Origin: Cystobasidiomycetes sp. EMM_F5
Taxonomy: Eukaryota
Assembly: GCA_051047955.1 (NCBI GenBank)
Contig: JBPGPT010000048.1
Location: forward strand, 1-64,000
DNA length: 64,000 nucleotides
Reading direction: 5' to 3'
Shown: positions 1 to 12,786 of the stretch, one piece after another
Position numbering within the stretch: position 1 is the stretch's first letter
Layout of the letters: each line of letters opens with the position of its first letter
Notes under the pieces: generated by a model
What the model saw: the letters and a program-made list of their open reading frames with translations, nothing else
Databases searched by the model: none
Told to the model about the DNA's origin: nothing
Translations under genes and position numbers: made by a program

Positions 1-825
1 TGCAAAATGTCCCGTATCGAGCATGACAATCTCTGCGTCTGGAAGATGTTCTCTGAACGCCTGTGCGCCAGGAGGTATGAATGCCGGATCTCCCTTTCCC
101 CATACTGCCAACAGCGGCACCTGGGACTTTTTCAGGTATTCATGTACTTTGGGGTACAGCTCCTTCGGATTTGTTCGATAGTCGTAGAATAAATCTAGTT
201 GGCGTTCTTGATTGTCTCTGCCTGCAATGTTGGCATTGTAGTCGGAGTAATAGGTCAATGCGGGATCGATGAGGGGAATGTCAGAAGGAGGTACACCCGC
301 TTCGTATTGGTACCGCGTAGTATTGAGCGTCAGGACATTATCCCGCACAGTGTCCCTCTCTTTTTGCGCATTCCCACTCTCCCAGAGGTCAAAGATGAGT
401 TTCCAAAAATCTTTGCCAAACCCCGCTTCGTATGCATTTCCATTCTGCGAGATGATGGCTTTGACTGCTTGCGGGCGCTGAAGAGCCACGCGCAAGCCAG
501 TGGGTGCGCCATAGTCGAAGATGTACATGGAAAAGGAAGAGATGCGGAGAGCATCGAGGTATGCCGATATGGCCGCTGCGAGGTTATCGAACGTGAATGC
601 CATGTCGGTTGGATAGGTCGTCAGTCCGAAACCTGGGAGGTCTGGAGCGAGTATGTGGTATGCATCGCTGAGGAGAGGGATGAGGTTGCGAAACTGGGTG
701 GATGAGGAGGGAAAGCCGTGGAGGAGGAGGAGGGTGGGTTTGGAGGTGTCTCCTGCTTCGACGTAGTGGATGTTGAAGGAGCCGATGTTGGTGTTTAGAG
801 CGACGTCTTTGTATGTGGCAGTCAT
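1..825 (-). CDS. Alpha/beta hydrolase (epoxide hydrolase/haloalkane dehalogenase-like), 3' end outside window
   Basis: Manual translation from ATG 825: MTATYKDVALNTNIGSFNIHYVEAGDTSKPTLLLLHGFPSSSTQFRNLIPLL...APDLPGFG...MYIFDYGAPTGLR...ISQNGNAY. It has the HGFP oxyanion motif and the D-Y-G nucleophile elbow. Absent from the ORF track, apparently because it runs off the edge. Confidence 0.9.
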   Translation of the reverse strand, partial: MTATYKDVALNTNIGSFNIHYVEAGDTSKPTLLLLHGFPSSSTQFRNLIPLLSDAYHILAPDLPGFGLTTYPTDMAFTFDNLAAAISAYLDALRISSFSMYIFDYGAPTGLRVALQRPQAVKAIISQNGNAYEAGFGKDFWKLIFDLWESGNAQKERDTVRDNVLTLNTTRYQYEAGVPPSDIPLIDPALTYYSDYNANIAGRDNQERQLDLFYDYRTNPKELYPKVHEYLKKSQVPLLAVWGKGDPAFIPPGAQAFREHLPDAEIVMLDTGHFA

Positions 826-1055
826 GGCGAGGAGTGCAGAGGAGAGAGAGAGCGAAGAGCAGCGAGGGGAGTATGAAGGACAGGCTGCCCCTCGCTTACT
901 AATGCTTGCTCAGCTTAGTCATCAGGCACGTGTTAGTCATCACGTGATATGGCGCATTGTCCAAATCTACTTCTTTGTCAGCCTGCCATCTTTGCATTCT
1001 TATAGACACCACTGCAGTGATTACTAATCCCCTCTCTCCTCTCTCACTCCTCACC

Positions 1056-2856
1056 ATGTCCTCCACCCCTGCCACTCTGCGCCGTCTGGCAGCATCTCTG
1101 GACTTGAAGAATGTCGGGATACTCTTGCAGAGACATGGTCGCACTTTGAGTAGACAATTCCGAGGATATGCCACTACCCAGCCATCCACTCAGTCCCCCT
1201 CCTCCGGCTCGAATCCAGCAATGAGCTTCCCATGTCTAGACGCAAACGAGCAGAGGGCGCAGAAGATTCAGAGAGACCGCAGTCTGGCATGGACGAGCAG
1301 CAAGGGGAAGCAGCCGGAGAGGATAGGCGACGACAACAACCTCCCCACTCCATCCACTCCATCCCCCATTCGAAAAGCAGCACTGGTCGCCGAAGTCGAC
1401 GACTCTGGCCCAGAACCCGCCTACAGCAAGATTGTATCTGGCTACAAGACATTCCACTACTCCTCCCCTCTCGAGCTAGACTACGGCGGGGTGCTGCCAG
1501 AGTTTGACATTGCATACGAGACGTGGGGAAAATTAAACGACACAAAGGACAACGTCATACTCCTGCACACCGGCCTGTCCGCCAGCTCGCACGCACACAG
1601 TACACTTGAAAATCCCACAGAAGGCTGGTGGGAGAAGATTATCGGGCCGGGAAGAGCAATAGACACGAATCGATTTCACGTCATTTGCACAAACGTACTC
1701 GGAGGGTGCTACGGCTCGACAGGGCCTTCCTCGCTCGATCCGGTAGATGGGAAACCCTATGCAACTCGCTTTCCAATCGTCTCCATGTTTGATATGGTCA
1801 GAGCGCAGTTTCTGCTTTTGGATCATCTGGGAATCGATAAACTGTATGCGAGCGTCGGAAGTAGCATGGGCGGGATGGCAAGTGTCGCTGCAGGACATCT
1901 CTTCACAGACAGAGTCGGCAAGGTGGTGAGCATCAGTGGAAGTGCGAGGAGCAGTCCGTCCAGTATCGCTTTACGCTATGCACAGAGATCAGGCAGGTCT
2001 CCCTCACATCTTGCAGAACTGAGTATCATCGACTAACTCGCATCCTTCAGTTTTGATGGCAGATGCAAATTGGAACCGCGGGTTCTACTATGACGGTCTG
2101 CCGCCACATACAGGCATGAAGCTGGCAAGGCGTGAGTTCGCGATATACCCTATCGGTAATACATCTCATCAAATTAATTTGTAACTCTCAGAAATTGCGA
2201 CAATTACCTACCGCTCCGGTCCAGAATGGGAACAGCGATTCGGCCGCCGACGACGTACACCTCTACCATCCTCGTCATTCGCCTCTCCGTCCAGCGATCA
2301 ATCTCCGTCAGAGATCAGCTACGTTCCACCTGTCCTGTGCCCAGATTTTCTCATCGAAACCTACCTCGACCACCAAGGCGAATCCTTCTGTCTGAAATAC
2401 GACGCAAACTCCCTCATCTACATTTCGAAAGCGATGGACTTGTTTGACATGTCGATTGAATCACTGGCGGAATTAGAACAAGCACGCAAGCTCAGATCAC
2501 AAGGTCGTCTACCTTCACAACAGGCCCTCTGCGAAGTCGGGACACAGGAGACTCAGAAACGCCTACCAGCTGCGAATGGAGCGAGACAACACATCTCTTC
2601 TCTCCCATCTTCACTAGGCGCGCATTTCGATTCGCTCGCAGAGGGACTGAAAAATCTGTCTACCCTCCCGACACTTGTCATTGGCGTGCAGAGCGATGCA
2701 CTCTTCCCCTTCGTCCAGCAGAGAGAACTCGCCGAGGCACTCCGCCAGAACGGAAACAAGCAGGTCGTCTACTATGAACTCGATAGTCCCATGGGTCACG
2801 ATACGTTCTTGCTCGACACTGCAAATATGACTGCAGCTTTGAAGGGCTTCTTGTGA
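1056..2856 (+). CDS. Homoserine O-acetyltransferase family, Cys2-type serine O-acyltransferase, probably mitochondrial
   Basis: Motifs [62 protein letters not shown]. Introns 1993-2050 (GC-AG) and 2132-2191. Arg-rich N-terminus resembles a presequence. [11 protein letters not shown] favours the Cys2 subfamily over Met2. Confidence 0.88.
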
Positions 2857-3103
2857 GCCGAGACATCGATGACGCATGTAGAAAACGAAAACAAAGCAAC
2901 TTGTAGCATTTACTCCCGCGGCCTACTTGTCGAAAAGTTTGGCACATATCATCATTGTCGAAGCAAGCAGGAAAGACGTATGCCAAAAACAGCTTGAATT
3001 GCAGATCGAATTACATTGAGGAAATAGAGTACACACAACAAGGTATTACTGACGAGATTGCCATAGACGAAGAATTGCATCAGCATCAAACGGGGTCACG
3101 TCT

Positions 3104-5899
3104 CTACTCCGCGCTGACGAAGCGCAATATCGTCTCGTTTGCCTCCCTCTGCCAGACATTGAGATCTTCGTATTCCTCGATGCACGCATAGAGTTGCTGT
3201 TCCGTAAAGCCTTTCGCAAATACGCGTTCCCTAATCTCTCGCATGCTCTGCTCGGCATTAAACTCTAGTTCGTCAGCAGAGTCCGATTCGAAATCCATAG
3301 TCGCGTCGTATTCCTCTTCGTCTCCCCTCGCGGGTCCCTTTCCAAATCTGCGTGCTTGTTCCCTTCTCTTCTGTTTCAGCCTCTTTGCGTTGGCTGCCGC
3401 CGACCGAATACCTGCACCAGAAGAAGCCATATCCTTGATGATTCTGTAAATCTTGGACGTTGTTGTACGATCCTGCTGATCCCCGCCGTTCCGCTCATCC
3501 TCGTCAAACAGTGACGCCTTGCTGACTTCTAGTAACCGCAAAGCCTCATCGACGTCTGCAATCTCCACTTGGTCTGCAAAGCGTAATCTCGCCAATGCCT
3601 GTGATAGACGAAGAACGCCCAGCAGCGTACGAGCAGATGTATATGTGAAGGATGATCCCCGCTCTTCTTCCTCCTGGGACGTCTTGCGAAGGCCAACGTA
3701 CGCAGAGACGACATAGTTGGACACTTCTTTCGGTACTACTGGCCGCTTCTTTCGTGCTTCGGCGATATAATGACGCATGAGCAGGGGGTCGATGGGATCA
3801 TGTTGAAGAGGGGGATGTTCGTTATTCATATGGACATATGTGACGTGCTGCGCAAGTCGCTCATCATCGTCTCTGTTTGGCGTATCAAGAATGAGAAAGA
3901 GCACGTCGAAACGAGACAAGAGCGCAGCTGGCAGGTTTATATTGTCGACTGGCGATATTTTGGGATTGTACCGGCCATACAGGGGATTTGCAGCGGCGAG
4001 AATGGAAGTGCGAGCATTCAACGTCGTGGTGATACCCGCTTTTGAAATGGAGATGGTCTGCTGTTCCATAACTTCGTGAATAGCAGTCCGGTCACTCTCG
4101 TCCATCTTGTCAAACTCATCAATGCACGCTATGCCATTATCAGCAAGAACCAGCGCTCCACCCTCTGCAGGCAAAACGACTTAGGATGCGAGACCCGCCA
4201 AGCAGACCATACGAGACGCACCGAGAACCATTTCATCAGTGACTGGATCCCGCATGACTGCGGCCGTCAGTCCAACACCTGAAGAGCCTCGACCAGTGGT
4301 ATATACGCCTCTTGGCGCGACTTTGGCGATGTACTTGAGGAGCTGAGATTTAGCTACACCTGGGTCGCCCATGAGGCAGATGTTTAGATCTCCTCTGATG
4401 GACATACCGTCTCCCATCTTTTTCGAGACACCTCCTACGAGAAGCAGAAGCAGCGCCTTTTTGACGTCTTCGTGTCCGAAGATCTCTGGAGCTATAGACG
4501 CTGCGAGCTGGTTGTACACGTCGCTTCCCTGACGAAGCTCATCAATCGCCCGCTCAATCTCCGGCGTCAGAGCCATGTTGGTGTATTGCTTCTTAAGCTG
4601 CGTGACGTGCTGCGCTTCGAGGTATGTGTCGGTCAAGAGTCCGGCCTTCATCGCCTTAAAAGCAGAGTAGGGAGTTGGGATGAAGATACCACCGATATGC
4701 ACGACGTCACCGGGCGACACACTGCGCGTCATACCGCCGTACAAATGGATGGTCATTGAGCGGGGAATATGCCCGACTGGAACTTGGTCGGTCTGTGATA
4801 CGTTGAGGGATTTAGCAAGACAGGGACAAGTGCACGACAGAGTCGCTCCACCTCACCATCTCCTGAATCTTGACTTCCTGAAATGGCGAAAATTTGCACG
4901 CTCTAGTCTGAAGGTGCAGTTTGCCCTTTGAATTGTTTGTCCTACAGTCCTCCGATATACACTCCGTCAGAGGCGTCGTCGTCTTTTTATTTTCGACCTC
5001 TTGAAAGACTTCGCAACCGCACGAGTCGCACGAAAAGGCCGATACGAGTAGGAGGGGCTTTACCTCGCTCACACGGGTGACGATACCCCGCACTGTGATC
5101 AGTTTACCGAGATGGGTTCCTTTGACATCTCGGACTGCCAAGGGCTTTGTTTTGCTCATGGGTCGAAAGTATAGATTGCTTGAAGGGGTATTGACGCGTG
5201 TCAGTAGGCTTTTCTGGGTAGCCAGTCACATCGACACCCACTATCTCCTCAGCAGGTCAGGCGGAAATGCAGCGACTCCATTCTCTTCGTTGAGCTGGTT
5301 CCGTTCTCTCCTGTGTGCCATGATGACATCGTGTACATCAGACTTGTATGAAATGTCCCTTGTTGGTTCTGGGAGGATCGCGTCTACTGCGCGTGAGAAT
5401 AGGTCGATATACCGGCGCGCGTTCTGTGAGTGCACGAGCATGTACGCATTAGTGCATTGCCGTGCATGACGCGCTCTGCACGCTCTGAACGCCATCTGTC
5501 GGCCTCACCTGCTCGATATTCTTGACGAGCTCCCTCCCGCCTTCAAACGCGGCCACGTCTTCGAGGTCGACGATGAGCTTGTCCTGGTCTCTGTTTGCGA
5601 TGCGTTGCTGTATGATACGTCAAGAGTGAGTTGCGCATCACCGTCTCCCTTCGTCGTTATCGACCCACCAGGGCATCCCGGTACTTCAACCCCGTCCTCC
5701 CTGCCGCTCTCCCGTTTCCCACCTCGAGCTCGTCCATGTACGCATCCAGCACCGCATCGTTGTCGTCGTCGTCGTCGTTGTTCTCCTCCCCAGCCTCAAT
5801 ACCCACTCCGACTCCCTTGCCGTTTGCGAGGAATCCCTTGATTCTATCGAGCTCCTCCTCGTAGTCGACGTCGATGGCTACGACGGGCAGCGATGCCAT
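3104..5899 (-). CDS. MCM7: DNA replication licensing factor MCM7
   Basis: Motifs [63 protein letters not shown], and zinc finger CDSC...C..C. Multi-exon. Confidence 0.95.
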
Positions 5900-5972
5900 G
5901 GTTTGTGTGTCGAGTGAGTTCAAGTAAAAGATGTGAGCACTTCAGAAATGACTATTTGATTGACTACACTGT

Positions 5973-5991
5973 ACGCGTCGTTGGGACGCGA
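5973..5991. promoter_or_regulatory. Putative MCB (MluI cell-cycle box) elements upstream of MCM7
   Basis: ACGCGT at 5973-5978 and ACGCGA at 5986-5991, about 75-90 bp upstream of the MCM7 ATG. Confidence 0.5.
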
Positions 5992-6080
5992 TCGAGATTT
6001 CACTGCAAACACCGAAGCATACCTCGGGGCTGCAAGGGCATTGGAGAGGGAAGTCGAGGATTAGCAGAGGAGATTATTAC

Positions 6081-6172
6081 AATCTAATCTGATTTGAAAG
6101 GAATCTAACATAATCTAATATAATCTAGTATAATCTAATCTCTAATCTTTTCATCCTCTAATCTTCTAATCT
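6081..6172. repeat. Degenerate (T)AATCT repeat array
   Basis: Ten AATCT copies start at 6081, 6086, 6102, 6112, 6122, 6132, 6137, 6144, 6160 and 6168. Confidence 0.8.
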
Positions 6173-6188
6173 CCTCCTTGACCTCCTA

Positions 6189-7156
6189 ATGACCATCGCC
6201 ATCGGTCGAACTGCACTGCTAATACCCTCACTGACCCGCAGGCTGAGACTAACGACATTCCACCATCACTCCCACACCATGTCCTCCGCACACCCATCCA
6301 CCGCAATCTCCAAACAATCACTCCTCGCACTCCGCCAGTACTGGTTTGAAGGGATGGAGGGTCCATCGCCCGATCAGAAGCAAGTCGAGGCGACCATGGA
6401 AAAGTGGTTTGGCGGGGCAAAAGCTGTAGACGAGTGGTGCAGGAACGAGTGTGGAGACATGCTCAAACAGGCGGATGGTGAGACGGTAGAGCAGCTTAAA
6501 GAGTATGCAGTTACCTCATCGTCTCCACGTCTCCACTCTTCGTCTAACTACCCGCCCTTCACAGACACGCGGGCAGCGACCCGCAAGACGCAGTGTCGCT
6601 CATCCTCCTCCTCGACCAGATGCCGAGGAATGTATTTCGGAGCGTAGACGAGCAGGGCAGAGTCTACACAGACTACGACTACAAGGCCTTGGCTCTGTGC
6701 AAGCACTTTATATCAGACTCTGAGGGGGTGGACGAGGCTCTAAAGAATGATATATGGTTCAAGCGGCTATTCTTGTACATGCCTCGTAGGTTTCTCATCG
6801 ACATACCACTGATTCCATTACAAACTGACAACGACATCCCAGTAATGCACAGTGAGAACTTGGAGGATCACAAGCTGCTGATTGCAAAAGCCACAAAGGC
6901 ATTGAACATGTCCACAGACGCAAAGGAGAAAAATTCCATCGAGCAGATGATCGACATGGGGGACAGACATCGTGAGCCAGCATGCAAAGTCAACGCCGAG
7001 GAAAAGCTTGTGTTTGTGCTAAAGGAGCCAATGTCATACCTCGCAGGCAAGGTCATTGAACGCTTCTCGCGGTACCCGAGTCGCAACGAATGCCTAGGCC
7101 GTAAAAACACAGCTGAAGAAAAGGCATTCCTGGAGGAAAGAGGAAAAGGCTGGTGA
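6189..7156 (+). CDS. DUF924 family protein
   Basis: Motifs YWF...KWF, LILLLDQMPRNVFR, RLFLYMP-LMHSE, VIERFSRYPSRNECLGR. Introns 6503-6564, 6786-6842, 6972-7046. Alternative start at 6279. Confidence 0.88.
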
Positions 7157-7419
7157 TCGGTGAAAGGAGCGTAAAGCGAGTCATACTCGAATGGGCAGCC
7201 TTAATAGCAGTAGTATAAGCTGAAGCCATCCGTAACAGTGGCAATGTCGCGATACAGTTTTTCAAATCAGCAAATCCCTCGACAGTACATGTTGAGGTAT
7301 ATGCAACGCTGGACTGTCAACTAAGCTTGCCTTGCTGATGGTACAGCCTTGAACGAAACTGATTTGCGTGCTCGATCTATGCCAGATGCGTGATTGTACA
7401 GATATTGCGCCACTTGTCC

Positions 7420-10400
7420 TCACACCACATCATCGTCATCCCGGTAACGTTGCTGAGTCGACGAGTGCAATTCCAGAGCAGGTGTAGACTGCCGCGGCCC
7501 CGCACTGCCCTGCCTCGGTATGCTACTATCGCCATCTTCGTCATCGTCGTGCAAAAAGTCAGACATGTAGCTGTCGTCTACTCTGTCCGCAGCGCCAGAC
7601 GGAGGTAGAAGTCTCGACGAGGCGCCTCCTGTTTCTGCCAGTCTATCTCGATCGGCCAAACCTCCAGTACCGTTATCCTCCTCCTCGTCGCTATCGCTCA
7701 AAGCAAATGCGTCATAGAGCGCTTTTGTGCCTCTTGGCTGCTGCGGTCGCAATCTCGCTGATGCGCTCCCAAGTCCAAAGAGCCTTCGACCACGTTCAAG
7801 AGCAGTCATAGGAACACTTTCATAGTCGCCGAGTGTAGCCTCCCCGTTTGCGCCCAGCAATTGAAAGCCTCTTCTTTGTCTCCGCCGATACCAAACATAT
7901 GCTCCACCACCCACCAGGAGGATAACCACCAAGCCCAAGCTGTAGTATACCCAGTCGTCATGATCAGCCAGGCGATAGAACGGGCCGAGGTAGGATGTGT
8001 CTGTATCCTCTTCAGAGGTGACGGCATCGATGGTGGATGTAGCTGCAGCTGACGAGCTGGTGGCCGTCGAAGTCCGAGAGATCGAGGATGTTGTGCCCTC
8101 CGTAGTACTAGTGCTCGTCGGCAAACCATCGAGGGGATGGTCACTTTCTCCCGTCGCTTGTCCATGATCGTCAGGCAAGTGTGCAGTCGGCTTCAGGTAG
8201 CTTTTCGTGCTCAAGTCGTGTGGGGCCGTGATGGTGGTAGTTGCGATCAGAGTCTCGCCATCGGATACGTACGTGATAGTAGAAGTCGTTAGGTTGAGGG
8301 GCACTTTGTGATGTGGAGGTTGAGGAAGGATGATCTGTGAGTCGTCTTGCATCTTGAAGGGCTTCGCGATTGCCGCATCGATACTTGATCCCCATAGCGT
8401 CATCTTCCAGTCAAGAAATGTGCCGTTGAAAGCATCGTTCTGCCTGTCCATCATGGTCAACTTCCAAGCGCCGAGCGGGCTTTCATCCCTGTCGATTTAG
8501 GGCATGACTGTGTCAGCAAAGTCCTCAAAACACACGCATATACAATCTCACCAATGTTTCACGCTCATAAATGTCCAGGCAGGAAAGCCGAGTTGATCAT
8601 CATCGAATCTTCGAGGTCTGGCGAGGATGCTCTTTACTCCGTTCGGAGATTCCAAGACCACCTCCATATCTCCTCGTTTGCCGTGTTCAGCGTTAACTGT
8701 AATTGTTACGTGCTCTAGCTTTTCGAAGTTTGCAGTGCGCAGATCGTGATTGGCGATGTTGATGGTAGAGGAGACACCTTCTTTGGTTATCGGCTCATTG
8801 ACGGTCGATACTGGCGAATTGTACCATGCTTGGGGCTTGACTTGCTTAAAAGTCCGTGCGAGTTCTACTATCCGATACGCGTCCAATTTGCCGTATCCAT
8901 ACTTGTGATTGTATGGTCGGCCAGCATGTGTTGTCTGCCAATCTGGATCGTTCGGATTGACTAAAGATCGTAAATATGGCAATGGCGAGGAGAATCTTGG
9001 ACATTAGAAAACGCCCGCCTCTGCATAGTGGGAAAAAACCTCACCTTGTATTGCAGTTTGCACCGTAATGTGCTGCAGATCGCGCCAAGTAAGTTCTGGA
9101 CGCGCTTGCAATGCTAGAGCATAGATTCCAGCTGCTATAGGTGCTGCGGCTGATGTGCCACCATGATGGGCGGTACATTTGCGTTCGCCTACGTCAGTCG
9201 TGTGCTGTGACGGTATGCTATGTCAGCTTTACTCGATGCCGTGTACGAAGCGAACTGACGATGTTGTCGCCGCTGCCTGACGAGTATGTCACGACCATAT
9301 TGGCTGAGCAACCCTCCGAATAGTAAGGATGCAGACCGAGCCTGTCTATCGCTGATATAGTAATACTGAATATGGAGTTGGTGTAGCCGTCAAAGTTGCA
9401 CTGGTCATCTACGGCTCCGCCGTTTCCGCTTGCAAAAACGAAAATGCTGCCTTTACCTCCCCTTCCATTCTGAACTCCGTTTAGCATGCTCTTGTAAATC
9501 AAAGGCGATGGAGCTTCCATGCTCCTTCCATCATCCGGAGGACCCCACGAACACGAATATATGTCGTTTGTCTGGTAGCCAAAGTTCAAAGCTGAAGCTT
9601 CGTCGGCGTCCGAGATGGATGCGCTCAGAATACGGATTCCGGAGATTTTGGCGCCGTACGCAACTCCCACACCGCACACATCGTTCTTCACTGCCGCAAT
9701 CTCGCCTGCGCATCGTGTGCCGTGCTGGTCGTCTGACAGCCGCGGTTCTGGCAGGTCGGTATGATCATTGTAGTCCCAGGACCCTTCTGCGTAGAAATTG
9801 TCCTTTAGGTCATCGCTGTGCATGTCGAGTCCATCGTCTACGATAGCGACTCTGATACCTTGTCCAGTAATGCCTTGGTCCCACACGCCCGTCACATTTA
9901 TGCTGTTTTCGTGAATGACATCGTTGAGCAGATGCCACTGCCCAGGGAATTCGGGATCAAACATGCCGAATCTTTCGACTACATTCTTGACATATTGAGA
10001 GACCTTTGACGTGTCGCTTTCCTGCTGCCTGGGTCGCAACAAGTGCTCAGGTTTCAGTTCGCGTTTCGTACGTTGTTTGATGATTTGACGCTCCAGAGAT
10101 AAAACGTTGGAAGACCTCTCGGATAATGACGGCGAGTGCTCGATGCTCGTTCGTTGCCGTAATCTCGACAGAAGAGCTGGGTGCCCTTGGCTGCGTGAAT
10201 CGACATAACCGAGACCGTACGGCCGATATAAATTATGGTACGCTTCCAGCACGGCGTCTCTTTCGACGAGACCTGTCGAAGCCGGCTCTCTCTTGGATAT
10301 GCGTCCCGAGAATGGCGCCCTCAGCAAGTAATGGTCTCGCAGTTCCCCGACCTGCTCGACGAGCTCTGCCCCAAGACGTGACGCGACAGCCAGTACTTCA

Positions 10401-10624
10401 GCGTGCGGCGTATTGCTGGCTACCTCGAGGACGTAGTAGGCGTGAGTGTCGTATGACCTCTTTGCAGGCCGCCGGGCTGACAGCTGATGGTGTTGCTGGC
10501 CAGCTTGGGGCGCAGCAGCTTCGACCTGCCCGACTGCGGCGAGCACAACGAGCGCCGACACGAGCACGGCCAGCGCGCTTCGGCGTCGCAGCGTCGTATT
10601 CCTCATTCCGCAGCGCTGGGTCAT
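7420..10624 (-). CDS. KEX2: Kexin (subtilisin-like proprotein convertase)
   Basis: Signal peptide, prodomain, catalytic VDDG and [21 protein letters not shown]-domain (LEHVT...FMSVKHW), S/T-rich linker, transmembrane helix and acidic tail. Confidence 0.95.
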
Positions 10625-10766
10625 GATGGTCGACACATTTAGTTTGGAGCAACGAAAGAGGCAAGATATCCAATTTGGTAATGGTTGGCCGTGTTGCTGC
10701 AATAACAGAATGGATGCGCTACACAATGGATACTCACAACCTTCCTCGCTTCCTGCTCGACGGCCA

Positions 10767-12623
10767 TCAATATTCGCCAAAGCTCGTGTGGCCCGTCTGC
10801 TTGGCATGAGCCTGCGCTTCCTTCTCCCCCCGTAACGCCTTCTTGCATATTTCACATCTCAGTGCAAAGCCCGCCGTATCGGTGTAGTAATGGTTCGCTT
10901 GCAGCTTCTGCCGCAACTCCAGAGCAGCAGCCAACGCAAAGCCGTCTGATGTTTTCGAGAATTGCGTTTGGTCGAAATCGAGGTCATAAGGGTAGGAAGC
11001 TCCACCGTCCGGCTCCATCGGCGTAAATGTGACTGCGTCGTAATGTATCCCGGAATATATGAGTATTATATTCTGCGAATAATTCTTCTCCTCGCCGAAT
11101 CCTGAAGGGCATGTTTCAGTCAAGCCGTGCTTTATATGTTGCATGATTTTTGGAACTCACGGTCAACACGACCCGTTTGCACGTCGATGCTGTCAATCTC
11201 GATGCCGTATAACTCTGACATGATTCGTAACTCAACGCCACCTACAGTGTACACAAGTCAGGAACGCTTTACCCGTTATACAAGGGAATTGCAGAGAAGT
11301 TACCTCCCCATGTCTTGTCGTCGACTATCTTTCGAGCATATGCAGATGGGGACATGCCGAGAACGGCTTCTGACCACTCGCTTGGATTGCTCTGTATGGC
11401 ATCTCTGACGGCTATTGCAACAGGTGGATTTCATCAAAGACGAGAATCAGCGGAGGTGTCTCACATACCTTGTCTCAATTTTCGCGGGGTACCAGGACGG
11501 TCATGCTCCAAAGCAATTGCTAGCGCTGTAAACATGCAGGAACTAAAGAGTACTACCTTTAGCATATGCATCAGGTAGTTGCCAAGGGTTTACACCGTAC
11601 TTGTCATCCGGTACTACTCTCAAAACGAGCCAGCCAGCTAATGATAAAACAAGACAAGAGAAAATTAGCAAAAACACCGAAATCCAGCAATACTGGAAGA
11701 GAGAGCGCACCGTCGACTTTTACGTAGGCGTTATCCAGACTCGTCAAGCCAGGTTTTGCGCCAGATAAACTCGTCACTGCGCGATCAGCCTTTGTTGCAG
11801 GTTCCTGTGGACGCTCATTCCGAGCTAAAGCTGGCTGAGCAGTCGCTCTCGGACCTTCACGATGTTGTTGTTTGTCAGCACCCTGTCCGAAAGCAACAGG
11901 CGGATTTCCAGCGTTCGGCTTTGGTCTCGCTCCTTCGGGGAGATTAGTGGGGTTCGCTGGCTGTGGCATAGCTTTGCTGGACTTCGCTGCCAGTGGCGTA
12001 GGTTGATGGATAGGATCAGATGAGGTAGAGCTTTTCTGGTGCGTTGTAGCTTGTTCCACTGTGTTATGGCTGATCCTATTTGGTCCGGATGCCGCATTCT
12101 GTGCTGTCGTAGCTGGGGTGTACATAGTTTGAGTGCTGGTTGGTATGCTTGTGTCTCCTTCTTGGACCACGATGACATCGCCGGAGCGTAGACCCAAATC
12201 AGCCAGACTTGCATCATCCCCGCCCGAGGTATTGAGAGGTCGTGGCGGGACTCCTGCTCGTACTGTAGCGGGGTAGAGAGAGCACAAGTTAAGATGCCAG
12301 TTGATTGGAATTCAGGCATTCATCAGCGAATAATCCCATCCTTCAGTCGCTTGGCGGAGAAGGGCCCAGATAAACGCGTACATTGCTGACGTTCCGGAGG
12401 GATTGACGTGACGGAGAATATGGCAGCGCGTAGTTCTACGAGCGCAGACGACGGCGAGAGCTGGATTGCTGGAAAGGAATATCAGGATATCTTGACGCTT
12501 CCTGGGTTGTTGTGATGACGCACTCGAGGATCCAGCTGGGCCTCTGCGAGTGTAGCTTTAGCAATATTCAGCTTGCCCGATGGTCAATACTGCGCACCTC
12601 AGCCGCAACGTACATAGCGACAT
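10767..12623 (-). CDS. OTU1: OTU1/YOD1 deubiquitinase (Ubl + OTU + C2H2 finger)
   Basis: Spliced N-terminus MSLCTLRLRGPAGSSTIQL...LRAGVPPRPL is ubiquitin-like. Also YSGIHYD and C-terminal YYTDTAGFALRCEICKKAL...AQAHAKQTGHTSFGEY. Confidence 0.9.
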
Positions 12624-12786
12624 TGAATCTTGCTGAAATTTGGAAAGATTGCAAAGTGTGCTCTTGAATGTCCAAATTGAAATCAGCTTAACGACAACTT
12701 TTGAATTTAAAATGCAAACAATGCAGCCATGAACGCAAAGACTGCCGTCGTATACTGACTAGCTGGCTGGCTGGTCTGCAGGCAGC

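Noticed and set aside
199..705. Plus-strand 168-aa ORF and many similar short or antisense ORFs in the track
   Set aside because: They are shadows of real genes on the opposite strand or in another frame, with no motifs of their own.
10625..10855. N-terminal extension of the 545-aa Kex2 ORF overlapping OTU1
   Set aside because: An open-frame artefact. The signal peptide follows ATG 10624/10606.
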